This document shows, one piece after another, positions 39,946 to 48,541 of a stretch of DNA of 64,000 bases. The stretch lies in the NCBI GenBank assembly GCA_028865095.1, contig JAGWLA010000002.1, positions 49,319-113,318 on the forward strand, given 5' to 3'. The stretch is from Patescibacteria group bacterium. Its GTDB lineage: Bacteria > Patescibacteriota > Minisyncoccia > Phycocordibacterales > PALSA-1337. The translations under genes were made by a program, and so were the position numbers. Under the pieces are notes generated by a model. The model was not told where the DNA came from. It worked only from the letters and a program-made list of their open reading frames with translations, and searched no databases. Every line of letters begins with the position of its first letter. Positions within the stretch are counted from its first letter, which is position 1.

Positions 39946-40116
39946 ATGATCAAAGTCATCAATCACGGCGCTTTGGGCGGGGGATTGTGGTTCGGCGGGT
40001 GGCTCTTCACGCTGGGCTACTTGCACCTCTCGTTCTGGAGCGGCGTACTGGCCATCGTCATATGGCCGTACGACATAGGCGTCCATGTGAGCGCTTTGGC
40101 GGCCGGGGCGCTCTAG
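39946..40116 (+). CDS. Small membrane protein (56 aa) MIKVINHGALGGGLWFGGWLFTLGYLHLSFWSGVLAIVIWPY...
   Basis: Below the ORF-track cutoff; TGCTATACT 6 nt before ATG; Trp/Gly-rich hydrophobic hairpin. Confidence 0.7.
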   Translation: MIKVINHGALGGGLWFGGWLFTLGYLHLSFWSGVLAIVIWPYDIGVHVSALAAGAL

Positions 40117-40131
40117 CCGGGCGCAGCGGCT

Positions 40132-41673
40132 TTAAGCGAAGCCCGGGAAGAAGTCGGTCTTGATGCGCCGGCGCGGCACCCCCATGTCCGTCAAGAGATG
40201 CTCGCAGGACGTGACGAAGGATTGGGGCCCCGATATGTAGAAGATGCGCTCGCGGTAGTCGGGGATCTCTTCCTCGATGGTCTCCGGGCCGATATAGCCC
40301 GTGCGGCCCCTCCAGCCCGCCGGGACGCGGGCGGCGTCGGTCAGGGTGCAGACGGTCTTCATGCCGAGCTTCTCGTATGCTTCTTCGAGGACGTCGGCGT
40401 AAGCGATCTCTTCCATGCGCTTGTTGGAATAGACGAGGACCATGTCGCGCTTCTCGCCCGCGTCGAGGGCGTGCTTGATCATGCTCCGGAAGGGCGTGAT
40501 GCCGATGCCGCCGGCCAGGAAGGCCACTTTGGCGCGGCGGTCGCGGGGAAGGGTGAAGTCGCCCGCCAGCTGGCCCGCCATGATGGTGGCGCCGTCGTCG
40601 AGCTCGGCCAGGGCTTTCTTGAAGGAGCTGGGCTTGTCGTAGAATTTTATGCCCAGGAGCAGGTGCTTCTCGGTGGGCGAGTTGGCGAGGGTGAAATAGC
40701 GCCGGTTGCCGCGGCTGTCGGCTTTGCGGTGGGCCAGGGTCCATTCCATGTACTGGCCGGGCTTGAACGAGACCGGGCGGTCGGCTTCGAAGGCGAATTC
40801 GCCCGTGTCGGCGGCGGCTTTCTCGGCTTTGACCAGGCGCAGGACGTACTTGCCTTTGGGGCTCAAGGCGTATGAAAGGAGGTTGCCGATGCAGAGGGCC
40901 AGCTCGGGGGTCGAATAGATCGCGCCGATATGCACCGCCGGCGCATAGAGGGCGCCCACGAAAGCGCCGTAAGCGATGCGGCGGGCGCGGGTCGGCGGCG
41001 TGGTGAGGGGCTCCGTCAGCATGACGGTCGCGAAGAAGACGAACGGCGAGTCGATGAAGACCTCTTTGAGGGCGCCGGACAGGCCCATGCCGGAGACGGC
41101 CGTGAAGAGGATGGCGGCCAGGGCGATGGCGGCGAAGGATATGACGAGGTCGAAGCGGTGGATCTTCCTGACGATGAGCAGGCCTCCGATGGCCACGAAC
41201 GGCAGCATGAAGAGGGTGCCGACCCACCAGCTGGCGGAAGCTCCGATGAAGAGGCCGGTGAGGGCGACGGCGATGGCGGCGGGATTGAAAAGGTGCTTCT
41301 TGCCGATGGCCAGGATGAACTTGGAGGACATGGCCAGGATCGGCGCCCAGACGAGCAGGGGGAGGTCGGAGAGGTATTCCGATGCGGCGTGCGGCGGGCT
41401 GATGATGAGGGCCAGGATGAGGGCGGTGATATAGACGGATTCGACGTTCTCGTGCGTCTCGAAGACGACGGCGAAGAGCCTGTTCGCGAGCCAGGACAGC
41501 GCCAGGATGACGGCGGTGGAATAGAGGAGGGCCAGGGGCGAGAACGGCATGCGCCCGCCGGCGGCCAGGAGGGCCGCGATGGCCAGCCAGCCGATCAGGC
41601 AGTACATGACCAGCTTGTACATGGTCACTCTGTTCAGGACGCGGTCGATGGGGTCTATGAAGGCGCGGATCAT
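40132..41673 (-). CDS. RnfD/NqrB-like membrane domain fused to an FNR-type FAD/NAD(P)-binding oxidoreductase
   Basis: KHLFNPAA and MLTEPLT (RnfD-like); FKPGQY, RRYFTLAN, AGGIGITPF and YISGP (FNR). Confidence 0.85.
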   Translation of the reverse strand: MIRAFIDPIDRVLNRVTMYKLVMYCLIGWLAIAALLAAGGRMPFSPLALLYSTAVILALSWLANRLFAVVFETHENVESVYITALILALIISPPHAASEYLSDLPLLVWAPILAMSSKFILAIGKKHLFNPAAIAVALTGLFIGASASWWVGTLFMLPFVAIGGLLIVRKIHRFDLVISFAAIALAAILFTAVSGMGLSGALKEVFIDSPFVFFATVMLTEPLTTPPTRARRIAYGAFVGALYAPAVHIGAIYSTPELALCIGNLLSYALSPKGKYVLRLVKAEKAAADTGEFAFEADRPVSFKPGQYMEWTLAHRKADSRGNRRYFTLANSPTEKHLLLGIKFYDKPSSFKKALAELDDGATIMAGQLAGDFTLPRDRRAKVAFLAGGIGITPFRSMIKHALDAGEKRDMVLVYSNKRMEEIAYADVLEEAYEKLGMKTVCTLTDAARVPAGWRGRTGYIGPETIEEEIPDYRERIFYISGPQSFVTSCEHLLTDMGVPRRRIKTDFFPGFA

Positions 41674-42425
41674 GATGTATAGCGGAAGAAGCCGGCGGTC
41701 ATGGCGGCGATGCCGTCCGAGCCGATCTGGTAGCCTTCCAGGCCCGGCAGGCCGCCTATGAAGGATATGCCGTCGGCTCCCATGGCGAAGGCCGCGGTGG
41801 CGAAGCGGTCGGCGTCATATATGTCGGGGCCGACGACGGTCAGGCTGGCGACGTCCGTCAAAGGCCTGTCCTTGTCGAGCGGGTCGTATATGTGCTGGCC
41901 GCGGACGTAGGTGCCGGAGGTGGCGATGGCGGCGCCGGAAAGGCGGACGGTCTTGACGATCGCGCTCTGGTCGAACGGGCTGCGGATGCCGATCTCCCAC
42001 GGCTCGCCGCGCTCGTTCGTGCCGGACGCCTGGATGTCGCCGCCGGCGTCGACGAGGGAATCCGGGAACCCGGCGTCGGAGATCATCCGGGCGGCGCGGG
42101 CGATGGCCCAGCCTTTGACGAGGCCGGACGGGTCGAAGGAGCCCGAGCGGTCGACGATGTCGAAGCGCCCGCCCGTCTCCCGCTTGGTGCGCTCGGCTTC
42201 GGCCATGACCTCCTTCATGTCGGCGCTCCACTCCGCTTCAAGGATCTCCCCGCGGTTGATGCGGCTGATCTCGCTGCCGTCCTTGTAGGTGCTGAAGCGC
42301 TCGTCGACGGAGACGAAATAGGCGAACGCCGCTTCTGCGGCCGCGACGGCCGCCGCGCGCTTCCCGGCGGGCGCGACGATGCGGATGGTGACGGGCATTC
42401 CCATGATGATGCGGGTCTCATTCAT
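41670..42425 (-). CDS. apbE: FAD:protein FMN transferase
   Basis: MG, FS.Y...SEISRIN, DPSGLVKG, DAGGDI, ATSG.Y.RG.HI.DP, AD..ATA. Confidence 0.92.
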   Translation of the reverse strand: MNETRIIMGMPVTIRIVAPAGKRAAAVAAAEAAFAYFVSVDERFSTYKDGSEISRINRGEILEAEWSADMKEVMAEAERTKRETGGRFDIVDRSGSFDPSGLVKGWAIARAARMISDAGFPDSLVDAGGDIQASGTNERGEPWEIGIRSPFDQSAIVKTVRLSGAAIATSGTYVRGQHIYDPLDKDRPLTDVASLTVVGPDIYDADRFATAAFAMGADGISFIGGLPGLEGYQIGSDGIAAMTAGFFRYTS

Positions 42426-42426
42426 G

Positions 42427-43008
42427 TCAGTTGGCGGCCTTGGACAGGGCGGAGGCCAAGGACTGGACGAAAGCCTGGCTCGTCTGGGTGGCGCCGGAGA
42501 CGGCGTCGACGTGGGCGCTCTGGGCTGTGACGGCTTCGCGGACGAGGGTCGGCAAGGAAGTCTGGCTGATGTACTTCGACGTGCCGCGGTCGCCCGGAGA
42601 CTGCAGGATCGATACGTCGGCGAGCGCGCCGCCCTTGATGACGGCCGCCACTTGGACGTTGCCGAAATAGGCGTCGGCGACCGTGCCGTCGTATGTGCCG
42701 TCTTTGAACGCGCCGCTCGAAGCGGCGGCAGGGGCCGGCGCAGGAGCCGGGGCCCGCGAGGGCGCGGGCGCAGGAGAGGGCTTCGCGGCCGCCGGCGCGG
42801 CCTTCGCGGGCGGAACGGCCGCTCTCGAGGGCGTCGACCCAGAGGACGGCCCTGAAGAGGCGGCAGGCGCCTTCGACGGAGGGATCGTCGCTACGGCGAT
42901 CGGCGCTCCGGACGGCGCGGCGCCTTCGGCTGAGCTCCCGAGGAATGCATATGCGGCGAATGCGACGACCACGGCTGCCGATAGGGCGAATCTTTTCATG
43001 TCTGGCAT
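42427..43008 (-). CDS. Extracytoplasmic FMN-binding domain protein
   Basis: Signal/TM, Ala-Pro linker, DGTYDG, flavinylation motif DAVSGATQTS. The start may instead be 42999. Confidence 0.9.
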   Translation of the reverse strand: MPDMKRFALSAAVVVAFAAYAFLGSSAEGAAPSGAPIAVATIPPSKAPAASSGPSSGSTPSRAAVPPAKAAPAAAKPSPAPAPSRAPAPAPAPAAASSGAFKDGTYDGTVADAYFGNVQVAAVIKGGALADVSILQSPGDRGTSKYISQTSLPTLVREAVTAQSAHVDAVSGATQTSQAFVQSLASALSKAAN

Positions 43009-43103
43009 ATACGAGGGGCTCTCGGCTTCTGGTGCATCGCTCCGGTCTGGTATACTGTCCGGCGTCGGAAGGGGCCGCGCGGTCTGCCGTATAACGCGCG
43101 TAT

Positions 43104-43637
43104 ATGAAGAAAGCTCTCATGCTGGCCGCGTCGGGCGGCCTGTTCGTGGCGCTCGCTGCTGCCTGCTGGCTCTGGCTGGCATATGGCAGATCGGCTGCGG
43201 AACGCGAAGTCCCGATAGATCCGGATGCGGATTATCGGGTCTCGCGGGTCGTCGACGGCGACACCTTCAAGGCGGAGGTCGAAGGCCGCGAGATCACGGT
43301 GCGCCTGCTCGGCGTCAACACCCCGGAGACCGTCGACCCTCGCAAAGCGGTGGAGTGCTATGGCCCCGAAGCGTCTGCGGAGACGAAGGCGCTCTTGAGC
43401 GGCCGCTCCGTCCGGCTGGCATTCAGCCCGGAGAAGGAGCACCGCGACAGATACGGGAGGTATCTCCTGTATGCCTACCGAGACGACGGCCTCCTGATCA
43501 ACCGGTCGCTCATCGAAGAAGGATATGCCAGGGAATACACGGTCGGGAAGGCGTATTCGCTGCACGCGGCGTTCAGGGACGCAGAAGCGGCGGCCAAAGC
43601 CGCCGGCAAGGGATTGTGGGGCGCGTGCGAGAAGTAG
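43104..43637 (+). CDS. Thermonuclease (SNase) family protein
   Basis: VVDGDT, VRLLGVNTPE, DRYGRYL.Y, GLWG. Confidence 0.92.
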   Translation: MKKALMLAASGGLFVALAAACWLWLAYGRSAAEREVPIDPDADYRVSRVVDGDTFKAEVEGREITVRLLGVNTPETVDPRKAVECYGPEASAETKALLSGRSVRLAFSPEKEHRDRYGRYLLYAYRDDGLLINRSLIEEGYAREYTVGKAYSLHAAFRDAEAAAKAAGKGLWGACEK

Positions 43638-43684
43638 CAGGGAGGGGAGCAGGAAGGCGGGACTTGCTGCTCCCCTCCCCGACC

Positions 43685-44608
43685 TTACTTCTTGTTGTGC
43701 AGCCAGATATAGATGTCCTCGATGGCCTTCACCGCGTCTCCTGCGGCGATGTTGTTCTGGTGATAGAGGCCGTCGGTGACGTCTCCTGCCGCCCATATGC
43801 CCTCTACGGAAGCCCGCTGATTGCGAGGGTCGGCGACGATATGGCCGAACGCATCAGTCGCCGCGATGCCTTTGGCGAAGCCGCTATTGGGGACCGAGCC
43901 GACCTCCGCGAATATGCCGGTGACGGGGATCTCCGTGTCCGTGCTGCTCTTCGTCTCGGTATAGACGAGGGAGGAGACGAACTTGCCCCCCTTGATCTCC
44001 TTGGGGACCGCGAATTCGATGGCCTTCATCTTAGGGTCTTTGAGGGCGGCTTGGACCGTGCCCGGATCGGCTTTGAACCCGCTGCGCGACAGGAGAGTGA
44101 CGCTCGTGCAATAGGCGAGGAGCTGGGCCGCGGCTTCGAAGCCGGCGTTGCCGCCTCCGATCACGGCCACGGCCTGGCCTTTGTAGAGAGGGCCGTCGCA
44201 GGTGGCGCAGTAGGTGACCCCTTTGTTCTCGTACTCGGCCGCACCGGGCACCTCCAGCTTGCGGCGGCTTGAGCCGCTGGCGATGAGGACGGCGCGCGCC
44301 TCATACGAGCCTTTGTCGGTCGCGACCGCGAACCCGTCGCCGCTCTTGGACAGGGCAGCGCAGGCTTCGCCATCCTTGAAATCGATGACGCCGGCCCCGT
44401 ACGCCTTGGCGTGCTTCTCGAGGGCCTGCGACAGCTCCAGGCCGGAAAGGGCGACCGTCCCGACCCAGTTCTCGATCTTCTCCGAGACGTTGGACTGGCC
44501 GAGCCAGTCCTTGGCGATGACGACGGTGCGGATCTGCTTGCGGGCGGCATAGACCGCGGCCGCCGCTCCGGCAGGCCCGCCTCCGATGATTGCTAGATCG
44601 TAAGTCAT
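43685..44608 (-). CDS. trxB: Thioredoxin reductase / AhpF-like FAD oxidoreductase
   Basis: GGGPAG, YCATCDGP, GGGNAG, AAGDVT. Confidence 0.85.
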   Translation of the reverse strand: MTYDLAIIGGGPAGAAAAVYAARKQIRTVVIAKDWLGQSNVSEKIENWVGTVALSGLELSQALEKHAKAYGAGVIDFKDGEACAALSKSGDGFAVATDKGSYEARAVLIASGSSRRKLEVPGAAEYENKGVTYCATCDGPLYKGQAVAVIGGGNAGFEAAAQLLAYCTSVTLLSRSGFKADPGTVQAALKDPKMKAIEFAVPKEIKGGKFVSSLVYTETKSSTDTEIPVTGIFAEVGSVPNSGFAKGIAATDAFGHIVADPRNQRASVEGIWAAGDVTDGLYHQNNIAAGDAVKAIEDIYIWLHNKK

Positions 44609-44730
44609 GTATGTTGGCGTTTACGTCCTTATAAGGATGAGCCTATTATAGCACGCGCCGCCATATACATTCAAATCATTGTTTGAATGTGTGGAGTCCC
44701 GCCGCCGGCCGGCGGGGAGGCGTCCCCGGA

Positions 44731-45993
44731 TTATTTCAGCCGCGAGCGGCGCAGGAATGCCGGTACGGCGCCCCAGTCGTCATCGTCGTCCTTGGCGGCG
44801 TCTTTGGCATCCTTCTTGAGGTCCACCATCTTGGCTGCGACAGCGGCCGCGGGGGCGGCGTCGCGGTCCTTCTTGGCGTCTCCGCCGCCGACCAGAGAAT
44901 TGAATATCTTGCCGCGGTCAGGGCGTTCGGCGCGCTCGGCCCTGTCGGCCGCGGCCTTGAGGATCGACGCGGCGGCGGATTCGCCGTTCGCGGCGGACGC
45001 CCCGGCCGGAGCGCGGTTGGGGATGGCGGCAGGATGGCCTTCGGGGAAGCCTGTGGCGATGACGGTGACCTTGACCTCGTTCTTCTTGAGCTTGTCGTCG
45101 CGGACCGTCCCGAATATGATCTTGGCTTCGGGGTCGATGGACTCGGTGATGACCTTGGCGGCGTCCTGGATCTCGAACATGGTCAAGTCCTCGCCGCCGG
45201 CGATGGAGAAGAGCACGCCCTTGGCGCCGGTGATGGAGACGTCGAGGAGCGGGCTGTTGATGGCGGCTTTGGCCGCTTCGATGGCGCGGTTCTCGCCCGT
45301 GGCCCGGCCGATGCCCATGAGGGCCGATCCGGCGTTCTCCATGACGGTGCGGATGTCGGCGAAGTCGATGTTGATGAGGCCGGGAGTGGTGATGAGGTCG
45401 GCGATCCCTTCGACGGCGTGGCGGAGGATGTCGTCGCACATGGAGAAAGCGCTCTTGACGGTGGTCTCCTTGTCGACGGCCGCGAGCAGACGGTCGTTCG
45501 GGATGACGATGATGGCGTCGACTTCCTTGCGCAGGTCTTCAAGGCCGGCGTCGGCGATGCGGGTGCGCTGGCGGCCTTCGAAGAAGAAAGGCTTGGTGGC
45601 GACGCCGACGGTCAGGCAGCCGAGCTCCTTGGCGATGCGGGCCACGACCGAGCTGGCTCCCGTGAAGGTGCCGCCGCCGAGGCCGCCGGTGACGAAGACC
45701 ATGTCCGCCCCTTTGACGGTCTCCTGGATCTCGTCGCGGGTCTCTTCGGCGGCGCGCTTGCCGAGCTCCGGGTTCATGCCGGTGCCGAGGCCGCGAGTGA
45801 TGTTCTTGCCGATATGGATGCGCTTCTTGGCCAGGGAGCCGTGGAGGTCCTGGGCGTCGGTGTTGACGACCATGAAATCGACGCCCTTGACCTTGCTCGC
45901 GATCATGTGGTTGATGGCGTTCTTTCCGGATCCGCCGATGCCGATGACTTTGATGCGGGCGAATGCTTCGATTTCAGGCTTTATGTTGGGCAT
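44731..45993 (-). CDS. ftsZ: Cell division protein FtsZ
   Basis: IKVIGIGG.G.NA, NTDAQ, GGLGGGTFTG, INIDFAD, C-terminal VPAFLR. Confidence 0.97.
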   Translation of the reverse strand: MPNIKPEIEAFARIKVIGIGGSGKNAINHMIASKVKGVDFMVVNTDAQDLHGSLAKKRIHIGKNITRGLGTGMNPELGKRAAEETRDEIQETVKGADMVFVTGGLGGGTFTGASSVVARIAKELGCLTVGVATKPFFFEGRQRTRIADAGLEDLRKEVDAIIVIPNDRLLAAVDKETTVKSAFSMCDDILRHAVEGIADLITTPGLINIDFADIRTVMENAGSALMGIGRATGENRAIEAAKAAINSPLLDVSITGAKGVLFSIAGGEDLTMFEIQDAAKVITESIDPEAKIIFGTVRDDKLKKNEVKVTVIATGFPEGHPAAIPNRAPAGASAANGESAAASILKAAADRAERAERPDRGKIFNSLVGGGDAKKDRDAAPAAAVAAKMVDLKKDAKDAAKDDDDDWGAVPAFLRRSRLK

Positions 45994-46096
45994 GATGGGA
46001 TATTACCGCGGGTAGTTTTGGTACGCTGTATATTAGCAGATGAGACGCGGAGCGCAAGGCCGGCGCGGCCGCGGAGGAGGCGCCCGGGCTCGGCCG

Positions 46097-46645
46097 TCAG
46101 GCGCAGAGGACGGCGATGGCGGCGGCCGTCACGGCGATCTCCGCATAGAAAGTGACCCTGCCGAGGTGGCGGCGGTCGGCGATGTATCTCCAATAGTAGG
46201 TAAGCGACCCTTTCACCCCGTCGATCTGCGCTTCGGGGACTTCGCGCAGGCAGAACCTCTTGTCCGAGAAAGGCCAAAGCCACCGGATGCCGTATTCGAT
46301 GGAATCGAGGATGAAGTGGCTCCAGGTGCCGGCGAGGACGATCCAGCCGATGAATGCGACGAAGCTCGACCCCGCGGCATAGCCGGCCGCGGCGATAACG
46401 AGCGAGACGGCGAGCCAGAACGCCGGCGCATGGGTGATATGGTCGCGGTGGCTGTCCTTCGTGCCGTCCTTGCGGATCACATGGGCGACATAGAAGAAGG
46501 CGAGGTCGATGTCCGGCAGCTCGCCCGCGAGGGTGCCGATGGCCAGGAGCGCGGCCGTCTGGGAAGGCGTGAAGGAAGCGTGCGCTGCGGCGAGCAGGGC
46601 TTTGGCAGCGAGATATCCACCGGCGAGATGTCCTGGGAGCACCAT
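46097..46645 (-). CDS. YdjM-like metal-dependent membrane hydrolase
   Basis: GH, LPDID, HR..TH, SH.ILD, WLWPF. Confidence 0.8.
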   Translation of the reverse strand: MVLPGHLAGGYLAAKALLAAAHASFTPSQTAALLAIGTLAGELPDIDLAFFYVAHVIRKDGTKDSHRDHITHAPAFWLAVSLVIAAAGYAAGSSFVAFIGWIVLAGTWSHFILDSIEYGIRWLWPFSDKRFCLREVPEAQIDGVKGSLTYYWRYIADRRHLGRVTFYAEIAVTAAAIAVLCA

Positions 46646-46655
46646 GGCTTGGCCG

Positions 46656-47837
46656 TTAAGGAAGGAAGCGCTTCACCCAGCGGAAGGCGGCTTTCCAGGA
46701 TTGCTTCAGGAACATGGACGCGGGATCGATATCGGGCCCTTCGTCGGCGTGGATGCCGGCGATGCAGAGCCCGTAGGCCACCGCCCAGGTGGCGTCCTTG
46801 AAGGACGATTTGCCGTCGATGGCGCCGATCGAGCCGATGCGGGAAGGGAGCTTCAAGGCGGCTTTGGCCAGAGCGTCGATGGAGTTCAGGCCCGACCCGC
46901 CGCCGGTGATGACGATGCCGGCGGGCAGGAGGCCGTTCCTGCCGATCTTGCGCAGGTGGGAGTCGATGAGCTCGAATATGTCGGACAGCCGTGCGGCCAC
47001 GATCTCCTCGAGCTTCTTGCGCGGGAACGACGAGCCGGTGATGGCGCCGATCTTGATCTGCTCCGCTTCCTCGAGAGGCACTTTGAGCCCGAGGGCGATG
47101 TCGTTGGTGATGTCGGTCGACCCGATGGGGAAGACTTCGAGCGACGAGGGGACGTTGTTCTCGAAGACCACGATGGAGACGGTCTCGGCGCCGATGTTGG
47201 CGAGGACGCAGCCGGCCACTTTCTGGGCTTTGGACAAGGTCACGAAGCCCGCCGCGATCGGCGACGCCATGACGTCCTCTACTTCGATGCCGGCTTCGTT
47301 GACGGCCTGGATGAGGTCGGTGACGTGATGGTCGAGGCAGGTGACGAACAGCGACTTGAGCTCGAGCTTGTTGCCGGTGAGGCCGATCGGGTCGCCGAGG
47401 ACCGCTTCGCCGTCGATCCGGTACTGGAGGGGGATGTCATATATGATGCGGCGGTTGGCGATGGACGTCTTGGGGATGTCCTTCTCGCACTGCTCATGGA
47501 GCTTGGCGATGTCGATATGGGTGATCTCGGCGTCCGCCCGCGAGGTCATGACGGTGCCGGTGACGGCGGCGCTGCCGAGGCCGATGCCGCCCATCCCGAC
47601 GAAGGCGCGCTTGATCGAGCGGCCGGCTTTCTCCTCGGCGATGGCGACGGCCCGCTTGACGCTCTCGGCCACGTCGCGGACGTTGGTCACATAGCCGTGG
47701 CGGAGGCCGCGCGACTCGGCCATGCCCGCTCCGATGACCCGGGGCAACCCTTTCTCGTTCTTCTCGCCGGGGTCGACGACGACGACCTTGACCAGATTGG
47801 TCCCCACGTCTATTCCAGTGACTATGTTTCTTGCCAT
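46656..47837 (-). CDS. ftsA: Cell division protein FtsA
   Basis: GIDVGT, G.R.G.V, NIGAET, DITNDIA, AEQIK, VITGGGS. Confidence 0.93.
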   Translation of the reverse strand: MARNIVTGIDVGTNLVKVVVVDPGEKNEKGLPRVIGAGMAESRGLRHGYVTNVRDVAESVKRAVAIAEEKAGRSIKRAFVGMGGIGLGSAAVTGTVMTSRADAEITHIDIAKLHEQCEKDIPKTSIANRRIIYDIPLQYRIDGEAVLGDPIGLTGNKLELKSLFVTCLDHHVTDLIQAVNEAGIEVEDVMASPIAAGFVTLSKAQKVAGCVLANIGAETVSIVVFENNVPSSLEVFPIGSTDITNDIALGLKVPLEEAEQIKIGAITGSSFPRKKLEEIVAARLSDIFELIDSHLRKIGRNGLLPAGIVITGGGSGLNSIDALAKAALKLPSRIGSIGAIDGKSSFKDATWAVAYGLCIAGIHADEGPDIDPASMFLKQSWKAAFRWVKRFLP

Positions 47838-47844
47838 CGATGTA

Positions 47845-48234
47845 TTAGATCTTGAATCGCCGCCGGAACGAGGCTTCGATGCGCTCCATTGTACTCCCAT
47901 GATCGTATCCTTTCAAATGCGCGCACCCGTGGATGAAGAGGAAAGCGATGAAATTCGGGTACGTCCGGCCGAACTCCTTCGCCTGCTTCCGCGCTTCCGA
48001 CGGGGATATGTATATCTCGCCCTCGCCGTCTGCCAGAGGGAAGCTCAAGATGTCGGTCGGCTCGTCCTTGTCGCGGTATATGGCGTTGAGCTTCTTCATC
48101 CGGGAGGGAGAGACGAAGACCAGGCTCAGCCGATAGCGCGGGCCGAGCATGGCCCGGGCGATGGCCGAAAAAGGCGCGCGCGGGATGGCCGCGCGCGTCT
48201 CATTGGCGATGGCTATGCCCGTCGCTGACGGCAT
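47845..48234 (-). CDS. ybeY: rRNA maturation RNase YbeY
   Basis: LNA.YR.KD.PTDILSF, GEIYI, IHG.AHLKGYDH. Confidence 0.93.
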   Translation of the reverse strand: MPSATGIAIANETRAAIPRAPFSAIARAMLGPRYRLSLVFVSPSRMKKLNAIYRDKDEPTDILSFPLADGEGEIYISPSEARKQAKEFGRTYPNFIAFLFIHGCAHLKGYDHGSTMERIEASFRRRFKI

Positions 48235-48236
48235 GC

Positions 48237-48488
48237 CTATGACCGGTGGCCCCTGCGGGTCGGGGCCGCCTGGATCTTGCCGAGCTTGATGAGCTCCTCG
48301 GTCTCCTTGCGGCGGGCGATGGCCTTGAGGGCCCTCTGCTTGACCTTGAACGGGGACTGGGTGCGCCCGCTGAAGCGGATGCTCCTCACGCGGGGGATGA
48401 CCCCGGAGCTCTGGACCTTGCGGCTGAAGCGGCGGAGGGTGCTCAAGGCTCCCTCGCCGGCCGCGCGCGTTATCTCTACGTTTATCAT
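48237..48488 (-). CDS. rpsU: 30S ribosomal protein bS21
   Basis: V.I....GE....LRRF.RKV..SG...VR..RF; basic 83-aa protein. Confidence 0.75.
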   Translation of the reverse strand: MINVEITRAAGEGALSTLRRFSRKVQSSGVIPRVRSIRFSGRTQSPFKVKQRALKAIARRKETEELIKLGKIQAAPTRRGHRS

Positions 48489-48541
48489 GGGGTGAAGATT
48501 AGCACGGATATCGGGAACGCGCAAATGGCGCTTGGGGCCGG

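Noticed and set aside
43640-43680. GGGAGGGGAGCAG/CTGCTCCCCTCCC as another heptamer element
   Set aside because: No 7-nt periodicity. It is best read as a hairpin between convergent genes.
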